Source: Candidatus Kerfeldbacteria bacterium | Lineage (GTDB): Bacteria; Patescibacteriota; Patescibacteriia; UBA10025; JAHIVO01 | Direction of reading: 5' to 3' | Assembly: GCA_047946875.1 (NCBI GenBank) | Contig: CP181398.1 | Span: 207,154 to 271,153, forward strand | DNA length: 64,000 nt | Part shown: piece after piece, positions 37,574-48,432 of the stretch | Layout of the letters: every line of letters starts with the position of its first letter | Position numbering within the stretch: the stretch's first letter is position 1 | Position numbers and translations under genes: made by a program | The notes under the pieces: generated by a model | Database searches by the model: none | What the model saw: only the letters and a program-made list of their open reading frames with translations | Told to the model about the DNA's origin: nothing

Positions 37574-38005
37574 ATGTTTATAGGAGAATATCAACATAAT
37601 ATAGATGAGAAGGGTCGGTTGGCAGTGCCGGTTAAATTTCGTGGTGATTTAAGTAAAGGAGCTGTAGTAACTAGAGGATTAGATAACTGTTTATTTTTAT
37701 ATCCTCAGAAAGATTGGGAAGAATTAGCTAAGAAATTATCACAATTACCAATATCCAAAGCAAATACAAGAGCATTCGGCAGATTGATGTTAGCTGGAGC
37801 TATGGATTGTGAGGTAGATAAACAAGGAAGAATCATATTACCTGATTATTTAAGAAAGTATGCAGCGATCTCAAAGAAAGTTGTAGTAGCTGGATTATAT
37901 AATAGATTAGAGATTTGGGATGAAGATGCTTGGGAAAAGTATAAAGCAGGGACTGAGAAAAATAGCGGAGATATTGCTGAAGCGCTTGGAGAGATAGGCG
38001 TTTAA
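37574..38005 (+). CDS. mraZ: Transcriptional regulator MraZ
   Basis: MFIGEYQHNIDEKGRLAVP… duplicated MraZ/SpoVT-AbrB halves. The ORF-track start at 37475 is an upstream extension. Confidence 0.85.
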   Translation: MFIGEYQHNIDEKGRLAVPVKFRGDLSKGAVVTRGLDNCLFLYPQKDWEELAKKLSQLPISKANTRAFGRLMLAGAMDCEVDKQGRIILPDYLRKYAAISKKVVVAGLYNRLEIWDEDAWEKYKAGTEKNSGDIAEALGEIGV

Positions 38006-38013
38006 TTTAGTTT

Positions 38014-38973
38014 ATGCCAAATACGCACATACCAGTACTTCAAAAAGAAGTTATAGATAATTTACAACCAAGTTCAGGTAATAATTTCATAGACGGAACT
38101 CTTGGAGGAGGTGGACATGCTAAAGAAATATTAAAGTTAACTGGACCAGATGGAAAACTACTAGCACTTGATCTGAATAATGATACATTCGTCGTAGCAA
38201 AAGAAAATTTAAAAGAATTTAATAATAGAGTTACATACGTACAAGAAAATTTCTCAAAAATAAAACAAATATACAATGAACAGTTCTCAATATATAAAAT
38301 TAACGGTATTCTACTTGACCTTGGTTTCTCTTCTCTTGAGCTCGAAGGTGAGGATAGAGGATTTTCTTTTAAAATAGATAGTCCACTAGATATGCGGTAC
38401 GACCAACGACAGTCGCTGACCGCAGCAGAAATAGTTAATACATGGTCGTTTGACAATTTAAAAAAAGTGATTCAGGAGTATGGTCAAGAACGTTTAGCGC
38501 AAGCGATTGCCAAAAAAATAATAGATTCGCGTCTAAACAAAAATATAACAAAAACAAAAAATCTTGTTGAGGTCATACTCCTGGCCTTTAGAGAAAAATT
38601 AGGTACGGATAAGGAAATTCCATGGATAGGTGGTATTCATCCAGCTACTCGAACTTTTCAAGCATTGCGTATTGCAGTAAACGATGAAATTAACAATTTA
38701 AAAAAAGTTCTACCACAATCAATAGACTTATTAGAAAGTGGAGGTAGGCTAGCGATCATTTCTTTTCATTCTTTAGAAGATAGAATAGTAAAACATTATT
38801 TTCGTAAAGAATCAATAGATTGTATATGTCCTCCAGAGATTCCTGATTGTAGATGTGATCATCATGCTAAAATAAAATTAATAACTAAAAAACCAATTAA
38901 ACCTTCTGAGGAAGAAATAAAAATAAACCCTCGTTCCCGTAGCGCACTATTACGCGTCGTGGAAAAAATATAA
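38014..38973 (+). CDS. rsmH: 16S rRNA (cytosine1402-N4)-methyltransferase RsmH (MraW)
   Basis: HIPVL…DGTLGGGGHA…LDLGFSS… RsmH motifs. Confidence 0.9.
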   Translation: MPNTHIPVLQKEVIDNLQPSSGNNFIDGTLGGGGHAKEILKLTGPDGKLLALDLNNDTFVVAKENLKEFNNRVTYVQENFSKIKQIYNEQFSIYKINGILLDLGFSSLELEGEDRGFSFKIDSPLDMRYDQRQSLTAAEIVNTWSFDNLKKVIQEYGQERLAQAIAKKIIDSRLNKNITKTKNLVEVILLAFREKLGTDKEIPWIGGIHPATRTFQALRIAVNDEINNLKKVLPQSIDLLESGGRLAIISFHSLEDRIVKHYFRKESIDCICPPEIPDCRCDHHAKIKLITKKPIKPSEEEIKINPRSRSALLRVVEKI

Positions 38974-38978
38974 ACAAA

Positions 38979-39332
38979 ATGACAAAAATGGCAAGAAAAT
39001 TTAATAAAAAAAATAATTTTGTAAATCCAGTAAAACAAAGAAATTTAAATTTAGGTAAAAATAGTTTAGGTATCATGCTATTTGCTCTAATAGTTTTTGT
39101 TGGACTATCCTATCTATATTATATAAATCAAACAGCAACTGGTGGTTTTGATATAAAAGGTATGGAAAACCAAATTACTGAACTATCAAAAGATAATAGG
39201 CAATTAGAAATTAAAACAGCGGAGATGCAATCTCTTAGTATAATCGAAGAAGCAGGAAATAATCTAGAAATGGTAGCAACAACATCCATTGAATATTTAC
39301 CGGCAGTTGGTTCAGCAGTGGCCGTCAGGTAA
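38979..39332 (+). CDS. ftsL: cell division protein FtsL-like (small bitopic coiled-coil protein)
   Basis: 117 aa, one TM, then a coiled-coil segment. Positioned between rsmH and ftsI as in dcw clusters. Confidence 0.45.
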   Translation: MTKMARKFNKKNNFVNPVKQRNLNLGKNSLGIMLFALIVFVGLSYLYYINQTATGGFDIKGMENQITELSKDNRQLEIKTAEMQSLSIIEEAGNNLEMVATTSIEYLPAVGSAVAVR

Positions 39333-39399
39333 AATATATATAATCATATTGAAATAATAGGTGTACTGCTAATAAGTAAATGTTTCAATTAATTTTTAT

Positions 39400-41166
39400 A
39401 TGGTAATAAAATCGCGTCATAAAAGAAATAATAAACCAAAATCTCGTGACCGCATTGATATAGTATTTGCGGTTATTTTTGTGTTTGCTGCAATTATTAT
39501 AGTGCGATTAGCCGATATCCAGATATTTCAACATTCTTTTTACGAGGCATTAGCAGCGGATCAGCATGAGTTGCATGAAAAATTATCACCAGAGCGAGGT
39601 GATATATTGGTTCGGGATAAAGATGATTCAGAAAAATTATTTCCTTTAGCAACAAACAAAACATTATATTTTGTTTATGCCGAGCCAAAACGTATTGAAG
39701 ACCCTGATGATGTAGCTGACAAATTATTTACATTATTAGAGATAGAAGAAGATGAAGAGAAAGAGGAAATATTGAATAGGTTAAAAAAAGAAGATGATCT
39801 GTATGAACCAATCAAACGACAAGTGACTGAAGAAGTAATTTTGGAATTAGATAAATTGGAGATGACTGGTATAAAATATCAGGAAGAATATGAACGATTA
39901 TATCCTGAGAATAACTTCGGTTCTCATATTTTAGGATTTTTGGGAAATAGTGGTGATGCGAAAATTGGTCAATATGGGCTAGAAGAATATTGGGAAACAG
40001 AGCTAGCTGGCGAAGCAGGTTATTTACAAGCTGAGAAAGATGCACGGGGAAGATGGATTACTTTTGGTACAAAATTATTAGAAGAAGCAAAAGATGGCGA
40101 TGATCTTGTTTTAACTATTGATAGATCTGTCCAATACGAAGCTTGTAAACAGTTAAATGAAACTGTATCTAGGCATGGAGCAGATGGCGGTAGTGTCGTA
40201 ATTATAGATCCAAGTACTGGTGGGATACTGGCTATGTGTGGGGCTCCTGACTTTGATCCGAATAATTATGGTGAAGTAGAAGATGCAAATACATATATTA
40301 ATCCCGCAACTTTCTATATTTATGAGCCTGGTTCTATTTTTAAATCTATAACTATGGCCGCGGCATTAGATCAAGGAGCTGTCACTCCAACAACTACTTA
40401 TAATGACACGGGGAGTGTAGAGATCGGTAAGTATACAATTAGAAATTCTGACGGAAAAGCAAATGGAATAAATACAATGACCGAGGTATTAGAAAAGTCT
40501 CTAAATACAGGAGTAATATTTGCTGTTCGTACAATCGGTCCTGAAATTTTTGAAGATTATGTAAAAAGATTTGGCTTTGGTCAGAAGTATGGAATAGAAT
40601 TAAATTCGGAAGCTCAAGGTAATATAAAAAATTTAGCAAAGCATCAAGATATATATATGGCTACTGGATCTTATGGTCAGGGGCTGTCAGTAACACCATT
40701 GCAGATGACCAATGCTTATGCTGCGATTGCTAACGGTGGTAGATTGATGGAACCATTTATAGTTGACGAAGTTATTAATAGTGATGGGTTTAGTACTAAG
40801 ACAGAACCAAAAGTTATTAGACAGGTTATCAAAGAGCAGACTGCTACTACACTTGGGGCGATGCTAGTAAATGTGGTTCGTAATGGACATGGTGGACGAG
40901 CCGGTGTTGATGGATATTATGTAGCAGGTAAGACAGGTACTGCTCAAATACCAAGTCAGACAGGACCGGGCTATGATCCTGATTTTACAATTGGTAGTTT
41001 TTGTGGTTTTGCGCCTGTTGATAATCCTATATTTGCTATGTGTGTAAAAATCGATAAACCAAGAACAGTACAATGGGCCGAATCTACGGCTGCACCATTA
41101 TTTGGAGAACTTGCACAGTTTATGTTGAATTACTATGGTGTTCCACCAGAAGAAACGGTAAAATAA
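39400..41166 (+). CDS. ftsI: Penicillin-binding protein 2/3 (FtsI-like peptidoglycan D,D-transpeptidase)
   Basis: N-terminal TM. SXXK (SIFK), SXN (SLN), KTGT present. Confidence 0.85.
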   Translation: MVIKSRHKRNNKPKSRDRIDIVFAVIFVFAAIIIVRLADIQIFQHSFYEALAADQHELHEKLSPERGDILVRDKDDSEKLFPLATNKTLYFVYAEPKRIEDPDDVADKLFTLLEIEEDEEKEEILNRLKKEDDLYEPIKRQVTEEVILELDKLEMTGIKYQEEYERLYPENNFGSHILGFLGNSGDAKIGQYGLEEYWETELAGEAGYLQAEKDARGRWITFGTKLLEEAKDGDDLVLTIDRSVQYEACKQLNETVSRHGADGGSVVIIDPSTGGILAMCGAPDFDPNNYGEVEDANTYINPATFYIYEPGSIFKSITMAAALDQGAVTPTTTYNDTGSVEIGKYTIRNSDGKANGINTMTEVLEKSLNTGVIFAVRTIGPEIFEDYVKRFGFGQKYGIELNSEAQGNIKNLAKHQDIYMATGSYGQGLSVTPLQMTNAYAAIANGGRLMEPFIVDEVINSDGFSTKTEPKVIRQVIKEQTATTLGAMLVNVVRNGHGGRAGVDGYYVAGKTGTAQIPSQTGPGYDPDFTIGSFCGFAPVDNPIFAMCVKIDKPRTVQWAESTAAPLFGELAQFMLNYYGVPPEETVK

Positions 41167-41170
41167 AGGT

Positions 41171-41830
41171 ATGAATAGACCAGAAAATATCAATTCACCA
41201 GAAGTACAAAAAGAATGTTTATTAGAGATTGCAGAAAAATTATATAGTCCTGAAATGCCGTATCATAATTTTGAACATGCTAAAGATACTATCGAAGCTG
41301 CAAAGAAAATTATCGAACGTTGTAAAGAAGAAGGTTTAGAGTTAGATGAGGAAGTTGTCTATTATGCTATGTTATTTCATGATGCAGGATATCATGAGAA
41401 TCATGAAAAATTAGGTTTTAGAAGTAAAGAAGAATATTCGGCACATTTAGCTGATCAAGAAATGACTAAAGTAAAAATTCCTGATGAAAAAATCAAAGAA
41501 GTGGTCAAAACAATTCTAGCTACTCACAGTCAAGCTCCATTTGTCACAGTCGAACAGAAAATAGCGAGAGCAGCTGATCTATCGGGGATGGCAGCTGAGT
41601 ACGAGTTATTTGTAGAAAATAATATTAAACTAAAAAAAGAACAAGAGTTAATCGATGGTAAAGAAATAAGTTTAGAAGCATGGAAACAAAAAACTAAGGA
41701 AGTGATCGAGTTCTATCTATCACAAGATATTCATTTAACAGATGGGTATCAAGATGAGGAAGGGAATTCAATCTTTCATAATAAAGTGAAGGAGAATTTA
41801 GCAAGATTTTTAAAAGAAGAAGAAATTTAA
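41171..41830 (+). CDS. HD-domain phosphohydrolase
   Basis: H…HD metal-binding pair (YHNFEHAKD … LFHDAGY). Confidence 0.5.
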   Translation: MNRPENINSPEVQKECLLEIAEKLYSPEMPYHNFEHAKDTIEAAKKIIERCKEEGLELDEEVVYYAMLFHDAGYHENHEKLGFRSKEEYSAHLADQEMTKVKIPDEKIKEVVKTILATHSQAPFVTVEQKIARAADLSGMAAEYELFVENNIKLKKEQELIDGKEISLEAWKQKTKEVIEFYLSQDIHLTDGYQDEEGNSIFHNKVKENLARFLKEEEI

Positions 41831-41834
41831 AATA

Positions 41835-43133
41835 ATGAATATTATAAAGAAAATAATAGAATGGGAATTGCGAGTGTTAGCTGGCTTGGTTTTGAGTAGA
41901 TACAAACCTAAGGTTATTGGTCTGACTGGTAGTGTAGGTAAGACATCTACCAAAGAAGCGATATATAAAGTATTGGATCCTAATTTCAAAACTTGGAAGA
42001 ATATAAAAAATTATAATAATGAGATTGGTGTTCCATTATCGATCTTGGGTATGGAATCAGCAAACAGAAATCCGTTTATGTGGGGTTGGGTATTTTTTAA
42101 GGCAATTGGAATATTGATTGTGCGAAATAAAAAATATCCCGAAATGTTGATATTAGAAATGGGAGCAGATAAGCCAGGGGATATCAAATACTTAGTTGAT
42201 TTTGCAAAATGTCATGTGGGAGTAGTTACGGCGATCGGAGCAGCTCATTTAGAATTATTTGGTAGCGTAGAGAAAGTTGCAAGAGAGAAGCAAAATATAG
42301 TTTCACATCTTAAGGTAGGAGATTATGCGGTTTTAAATATTGATGATGAGATGGTGATGAAGATGAAAGAAAAAACTAGGGCTCAAGTAATTACTTATGG
42401 TTTTGATGATGAGGCAGACATTCGGGCTAGTGGTTTGGATATATCAGCTGGACCATCATCAGATCCTTGGATTGATATGCAGATAAAAGGAATTAGTTTC
42501 AAATTACATTACAAGGGCGCTATCGCTCCAGTATTTTTACCAAAGACTTTGGGTAAGCATCAAGTATATAGTGCATTGGCAGCAGCAGCAGTGGGAGTAT
42601 CACAAGGGATAAATATTGTAGATATTGCAGAGTCTTTACGAGAGTCATATCCACCAGCCGGGCGGATGAGGTTAATAGCTGGGATAAAACATACTTCAAT
42701 AATTGATGATACTTATAACTCATCACCTTTGGCTTCTAAAGCAGCTTTGAATGTTTTGCATGAAATAAAAGTTTCCGGTAGAAAAATTGTAGCGATGGGA
42801 GATATGTTGGAGCTTGGAGATTATACCGAGCAGGGGCATAGAGATGTTGGTATGTATGTTGCAGAAGCAGCCGATATATTGGTTACTTCGGGAGAAAGTG
42901 GAAAAATAATTGCTAAGGCAGCTATAGAAAGTGGTATGTTAGTAGATAATGTATTTACTTTCCCTGATCCAGAATCTGCTGGTAGGTTTATCCAAGATAA
43001 AATTAAAAAAGGTGATATAATATTAGTGAAGGGTTCACAGGGAGCTAGGATGGAAAAAGTAGTAAAGGAGCTGATGGCAGAGCCACAAAAAGCTGAAGAA
43101 CTATTGGTAAGACAAATAAAAGAATGGCAATAG
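41835..43133 (+). CDS. murF: UDP-N-acetylmuramoyl-tripeptide--D-alanyl-D-alanine ligase MurF
   Basis: Mur ligase P-loop GLTGSVGKTSTKE and a C-terminal Mur ligase domain. Confidence 0.8.
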   Translation: MNIIKKIIEWELRVLAGLVLSRYKPKVIGLTGSVGKTSTKEAIYKVLDPNFKTWKNIKNYNNEIGVPLSILGMESANRNPFMWGWVFFKAIGILIVRNKKYPEMLILEMGADKPGDIKYLVDFAKCHVGVVTAIGAAHLELFGSVEKVAREKQNIVSHLKVGDYAVLNIDDEMVMKMKEKTRAQVITYGFDDEADIRASGLDISAGPSSDPWIDMQIKGISFKLHYKGAIAPVFLPKTLGKHQVYSALAAAAVGVSQGINIVDIAESLRESYPPAGRMRLIAGIKHTSIIDDTYNSSPLASKAALNVLHEIKVSGRKIVAMGDMLELGDYTEQGHRDVGMYVAEAADILVTSGESGKIIAKAAIESGMLVDNVFTFPDPESAGRFIQDKIKKGDIILVKGSQGARMEKVVKELMAEPQKAEELLVRQIKEWQ

Positions 43134-43162
43134 CTATATATAAATTATTAATATAAAATAGT

Positions 43163-45754
43163 ATGGGAAAAAATTTTTATATTATTACAGCAATAACACT
43201 TGTTGTAATTTTATGTGTGACTGGATTTATTTTTAAAGATCAACTTTTTGGAGATGATGAGGGGAATCGTGTATTGCCGGTCATCGCTACATTAAGTGAT
43301 AATGAGTTTACCTTTAAAGCAGATAATTATGATTCTATGGGGGTGCATCCGGGTACAAGTTTTACTTTGACATCCAAGAATCAAGTTGAGAAAACAAGTA
43401 TTGAAGGTAATCTTGTAGTTGATCCGACATTCAAATATAAAGTAGAATCGTCAGATAGCAATGAATTCTCTATTGTTCCGGAAGAAACTCTGAAAGACAA
43501 TACTATATATAAATTTTCTATAGTGGGGCAGCAAGAAGGTGATGATAGTGTCAAAGAATACCAATGGGCATATCAGACTAAAAGCACTTTTAAAATAAAG
43601 GGTAGTTTACCAGCTGATGAAACTGCTTATGTGCCAGTTAATAGTGGTATCGAAATTATTTTTTCTCATGAGAATTATATAGATTATGAGGATTATTTTT
43701 CAATAAGTCCTGAAGCAGATGGTGCTTTTGAAAAACATAGGAAAACTTTGGTATTTGTTCCTGATGGATTGGAAAAAAGTACATTATATACTGTAACTAT
43801 TGATAGCGGATTACCACTTGAGGGAAGTGATTTGGTGTTGGATATGGATTATATATTTCAATTCGAAACAGAAGCGGATAGCTATGATAGTGGGAATGTT
43901 ACATTCGCTGATAATTTTTTTGAATACCCATCTACACAAGCGCCGGTACTTTCTATTAACGAATATAATTCTGGCTTAATCAGTTTAAATATAGAAGTAT
44001 ATGGATTTAATAGTTTTGATGATTTTACAGCTGCAGTGGATACATTAAATAATTATCCACATTGGGCGGGTTATTCAAATTTAAAGAATACTTATCCGAC
44101 AGATGGTTTAGATTTAATTATTAATTTCGATGCAGATATAATTGATGATAATTATTCAAAATTAATAGAGTTCCCAGAAAGTTTGAGTACGGGCTATTAT
44201 CTTGTTCAGATTTATAATTCGAGTGGTGTTTCCCAGACTTATTTACAGATAAGCGACTTGATAGCGAGTTATCAAGGCACAGATTCGAATTCATTCATTT
44301 GGGCTCATGATTTAAATACATCTTTACCGTTGAATAATGCAATCATAGGATTTTCACACGATACTGATTTTAGCGCGACAACAAATACAAAAGGCTTGGC
44401 AGAATTTAACACACCAAGTCAAATTGCGACTGATCAGCAATATAAAATTACCAACATATCTTATTACACAGTAAATTATAATAATGTGAATTTATTAATT
44501 CCCATAGAGAGACATTATGAAATGGGTGGTTGGATGATGAACAGTGGTAATAGGAATTATTGGACATATTTATATACCAACCGCACAATTTATTCCCGAA
44601 CTGATAGTATAAAATATTGGGGTGTATTAAAAAGTAGGGTAGGAGATCAGGTACCACAAGCCACTGTAAAATTTGTTAAGAGTGGTGGTGGATATATGGG
44701 TGCGAGTGATACAGTATTACAAGAAAGTGATATTAATATTGGATCTTACGGAACTTATGAAGGTAGTTTTGATTATACGAATCTGGGTGTTGGAGCCTAT
44801 TATCTAAAAATTTATGTAGGGGATGAATTAATACATACTAAGTATATTAATATTACTACATATGTTAAGCCAAGTTTTAAGATTGAAGTTAACACGGATA
44901 AGAAGGCATATTTTGAAGGTGAAGATATTATCTATAATATTAAGTCTGTATATTATGATGGTACTCCGATAGGTAATATAGAACTAGAATATTATGCGGA
45001 CGGCAACAATACTATAACGACAGATGCCAGTGGAGAGGCAACAATTACTAGATCGACATCATATAGTAGTGATGGATATTATCCAAATTCGGAATATTTT
45101 TCCATCCATCCAACATTAGCAGCTACATCTGATCTATATACAGATAATAATGTATATTTATTCGGACCTTCAATGGATTTGAAAGCCAGTCTAGACGAAA
45201 ATAATGTTATTAATGGAAACGTATTCGAAGTTGATTTAAGTACAATAAATGATGAAGGAAATGATTTTGCTTGGAATTTCGAAGGCGATCCAATACCAGG
45301 AATTAATGTAACCGCTAAGGTGTATCATCAATATTATACCAAGACAGAAACAGGGACGAGGTATGATTATATAAACAAGAAGACATATAAAACTTATGAT
45401 TATGATTTCAATTCTGATTTAGAAGATGAAGTTATAGCTATTACAAGTGCAGATGGAAAATATTTGGTAAATTATAATTATCAAGATGGTAAAAAATATA
45501 AAATTGAATTAGGTATTACTGATAGTGCTGGCAGGACAGCCACAAAGAATGTTTATAAATATTCCGGATATAATGGTTATAACTATTATGCTAATCAAGG
45601 CTATGACTATTATAATTTGGTAACTGAAGGTGGATCAGATGAAACATCAATAATATTTTTCAACCTGGCGAAACTATTGATGTTTCATTTTATGAAAATG
45701 AAGATTTATTGTCTGGAACGAGCAATGAAGACTTTGTATATTTCAAAGGAATGA
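43163..45754 (+). CDS. alpha-2-macroglobulin-like large surface protein, N-terminal part (membrane-anchored). It forms one gene with 45709-48429 via a frameshift
   Basis: N-terminal TM. Long beta-rich repeat domains. The frame ends in junk after a T5 run at 45656-45660 while the next ORF's frame is open from 45643. Confidence 0.5.
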   Translation: MGKNFYIITAITLVVILCVTGFIFKDQLFGDDEGNRVLPVIATLSDNEFTFKADNYDSMGVHPGTSFTLTSKNQVEKTSIEGNLVVDPTFKYKVESSDSNEFSIVPEETLKDNTIYKFSIVGQQEGDDSVKEYQWAYQTKSTFKIKGSLPADETAYVPVNSGIEIIFSHENYIDYEDYFSISPEADGAFEKHRKTLVFVPDGLEKSTLYTVTIDSGLPLEGSDLVLDMDYIFQFETEADSYDSGNVTFADNFFEYPSTQAPVLSINEYNSGLISLNIEVYGFNSFDDFTAAVDTLNNYPHWAGYSNLKNTYPTDGLDLIINFDADIIDDNYSKLIEFPESLSTGYYLVQIYNSSGVSQTYLQISDLIASYQGTDSNSFIWAHDLNTSLPLNNAIIGFSHDTDFSATTNTKGLAEFNTPSQIATDQQYKITNISYYTVNYNNVNLLIPIERHYEMGGWMMNSGNRNYWTYLYTNRTIYSRTDSIKYWGVLKSRVGDQVPQATVKFVKSGGGYMGASDTVLQESDINIGSYGTYEGSFDYTNLGVGAYYLKIYVGDELIHTKYINITTYVKPSFKIEVNTDKKAYFEGEDIIYNIKSVYYDGTPIGNIELEYYADGNNTITTDASGEATITRSTSYSSDGYYPNSEYFSIHPTLAATSDLYTDNNVYLFGPSMDLKASLDENNVINGNVFEVDLSTINDEGNDFAWNFEGDPIPGINVTAKVYHQYYTKTETGTRYDYINKKTYKTYDYDFNSDLEDEVIAITSADGKYLVNYNYQDGKKYKIELGITDSAGRTATKNVYKYSGYNGYNYYANQGYDYYNLVTEGGSDETSIIFFNLAKLLMFHFMKMKIYCLERAMKTLYISKE

Positions 45755-48429
45755 CAGGCATCTTTGATATTATTTCAAGTAATAAATCAAATTTCTCATT
45801 TGAGTTCGACGAGACATATGCGCCGAACATCTATGTTTATGGAATATATTTTGATGGTCGAAGTTATCATCTCACTGAATCATTAAGATTGGATTATGAT
45901 ACTACCATCCAGAAATTAAATATAGATATTGATCAGGATAAGATTAATTATGGACCGGGCGAGGAAGTAAACTTGGAAATTACAGTTACTGATATAAATG
46001 ACAATCCGGTAAAAGCAGAAGTTAATGTATCGGCGATTGATGAAGCTTTGACCGCTTTACAATGGAACAATGATGCAAGTTTCTTTTCAACTTTATATAC
46101 CACACTTCCTCTTACTCTAGAATATTCATATCAAAGTCATAAGGATTTGGCTGCACCGATGGCTGAAGGTGGAGGATGCTTTACGGGTGATACGAATATT
46201 TTGATGAGCGACGGAAGTAGTAAACAAATATCTGATGTTCGGATAGGTGATGAAGTTCTTACCAAGATCGATGATGAATCTAATGATTTGGTCACGGCCA
46301 AGGTTTTAAATACGGTGAAACATTTGGTTAATGGATATTTGATAATAAATGAAGATCTACAAGTAACGGATAAACATATAATATATCTGAATGGGGAGTG
46401 GAGTATTGCTGGTGATGCTAAAGAGGGAGATTATTTAACCAATTCTTCAGGTGAAGAAGTAATTATCAATAGTATTATCGAAACAAAAAAACCAAGCAAA
46501 GTATACAATCTTCACATTGAAAATCTAAATACTTTCATTGCTGATGATATTTATGTGCATAACAGTAAAGGTGGTCTCAGAGAAGATTTTCAAGATATCG
46601 CTTTCTTTGGTAGTGTAGAGACCAATGGACAAGGGCAGGCAACTTTATCATTTGAATTACCTGATAATATTACATCTTGGGCGACCACTGTTCATGCGCT
46701 AACCAAAGATTTAAAGGCTGAATCAACACAATCAGCCGTGATTGCTACTTTACCATTCTTTGTAGATGTTGCAGTGGCCGAGAATTACATAGTGGGTGAT
46801 AAACCAGTAGTTAATATTAGATCTTTTGGGATAGAACTAGATACTGATGCTCAAGTGGAATATACAATTTCTTACCCTGGTTATAATGAAGATGAGATTG
46901 TAATGACTGCCAATGCTAGTGAAGCGGTTGAAATAACTTTACCTGAATTTGGTGCTGGAGAGTTTTCTATTCAAGTCATTGCTAAGCAGGGGAACTATAA
47001 TGATGCGGTAAAGAAAAGTTTTGATTTTTATCAGTCAAATTTATTAGAAGGAAATTCTACATTTTATGATTTGATTCAAGGTGTGGATATTACTGGGAGT
47101 GAGGATAGTTATACGAATCTTACATTTACTAACAAAGAAAGAGGGCAATATTATAATCTATTAAAAAGATCAATGTGGAGCTACGGCGACAGAGTTGAGC
47201 AAAAAGTTTCAAGATACTATGCTGATAAATTATTAATGGATTATTTTGATGAGCCAATGACCGGTGATAATGATTTTGATTTTACTGCTTTCCAGCAAAG
47301 TGACGGTGGAATTTCCTTATTACCTTATTCATCTTCTGATATATTATTAACCGCTAAGGTTATGGAAGTAGCTGGTAGTAAATTTGATGCAATTTCAGCC
47401 AAAAGTTATTTTGAGGCAATATTAGCTAATAAAGACAACAACTTGGATGAAATTGTCTATGCATTATTAGGTATGTCTAATATAGGTGAACCTGTTTTAA
47501 CTGAAATAAATATTTTGATGGACAGTAACGAAATTCCAGATATTTTGAAATTATATCTATCCAGAGCTCTGTCCAACTTGGGAGCTACGGAATACGCTAC
47601 TACATTGGTCCAGACAATATTAGACAATTATGGTGATGAAACAGATAACTATATCAAACTTGCATTGGGAGAAGATCAGGATGAATACACTGAATATACA
47701 TACCAAGCAGCTATTGTTTTAGCTCAAGCGTCAACTGATATTGCAAGTAAATTATTTGATTACGCTTATGCTAATCCAGCTAAAGAACAATTGAATAATC
47801 TAGAACAATTAGCCTACGTTCAATATGCACTACCTCTATTATCTGGGGATCCTGTTAGTTTTAGCTATATTTTGAACGGTAAAACAGAGTCAGTAAGTTT
47901 GGCAAATAATGAGAAACTTTCATTATTATTAACTAGTACTGAATTGGGAGATATAGCTTATAGTAATATCGTGGGAGCTGTAGGAATGGTATCAAGCTAT
48001 CAAGTGCCTGTGGATCTGGCTAATGTGGAGGTAGATCCTGATATTAGTGTGACTAGGGAATATACCGTTGATGGTACGTCGACTGTTAACTTTCAAGAAA
48101 ATGATGTTGTTAAGATAACATTATCTCCAAATATTAGTGATGGGGCAATAGATAATGAATATCAATTAACTGATTATCTGCCATCAGGATTAAAAATGTT
48201 GAGTAATCTACATGCCTGGAGTATTGGTTGGACTAGTGACACTAGATATCCTTATGAGATTGATGGTCAGGCAGTGAAATTTTGGACTAGCAGAACAACG
48301 GAACCATTTCACTATTATGCTATAGTTATTAGTAAAGGTGATTATATAGCTGAGCAAACTATTCTTCAGGGTTTTGTAGCCAAAGATAGTATTAATTATG
48401 GTGTGCAATCTGCCATCAATATTCAATAA
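45709..48429 (+). CDS. alpha-2-macroglobulin-like protein, C-terminal part, containing an inserted Hint (mini-intein/BIL) domain
   Basis: A2M-like …LPDNITSWATTVHALTKD… (cf. LPDSITTW). Hint domain at 46177-46563. Confidence 0.5.
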   Translation: MSGTSNEDFVYFKGMTGIFDIISSNKSNFSFEFDETYAPNIYVYGIYFDGRSYHLTESLRLDYDTTIQKLNIDIDQDKINYGPGEEVNLEITVTDINDNPVKAEVNVSAIDEALTALQWNNDASFFSTLYTTLPLTLEYSYQSHKDLAAPMAEGGGCFTGDTNILMSDGSSKQISDVRIGDEVLTKIDDESNDLVTAKVLNTVKHLVNGYLIINEDLQVTDKHIIYLNGEWSIAGDAKEGDYLTNSSGEEVIINSIIETKKPSKVYNLHIENLNTFIADDIYVHNSKGGLREDFQDIAFFGSVETNGQGQATLSFELPDNITSWATTVHALTKDLKAESTQSAVIATLPFFVDVAVAENYIVGDKPVVNIRSFGIELDTDAQVEYTISYPGYNEDEIVMTANASEAVEITLPEFGAGEFSIQVIAKQGNYNDAVKKSFDFYQSNLLEGNSTFYDLIQGVDITGSEDSYTNLTFTNKERGQYYNLLKRSMWSYGDRVEQKVSRYYADKLLMDYFDEPMTGDNDFDFTAFQQSDGGISLLPYSSSDILLTAKVMEVAGSKFDAISAKSYFEAILANKDNNLDEIVYALLGMSNIGEPVLTEINILMDSNEIPDILKLYLSRALSNLGATEYATTLVQTILDNYGDETDNYIKLALGEDQDEYTEYTYQAAIVLAQASTDIASKLFDYAYANPAKEQLNNLEQLAYVQYALPLLSGDPVSFSYILNGKTESVSLANNEKLSLLLTSTELGDIAYSNIVGAVGMVSSYQVPVDLANVEVDPDISVTREYTVDGTSTVNFQENDVVKITLSPNISDGAIDNEYQLTDYLPSGLKMLSNLHAWSIGWTSDTRYPYEIDGQAVKFWTSRTTEPFHYYAIVISKGDYIAEQTILQGFVAKDSINYGVQSAINIQ
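46177..46563 (+). other. 129-aa Hint domain (mini-intein or bacterial intein-like domain): CFTGDT…TDKH…VHN followed by Ser
   Basis: N-terminal Cys (block A), TxxH block B (TDKH), C-terminal HN and a +1 Ser. No endonuclease domain. Confidence 0.65.
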
Positions 48430-48432
48430 ACT

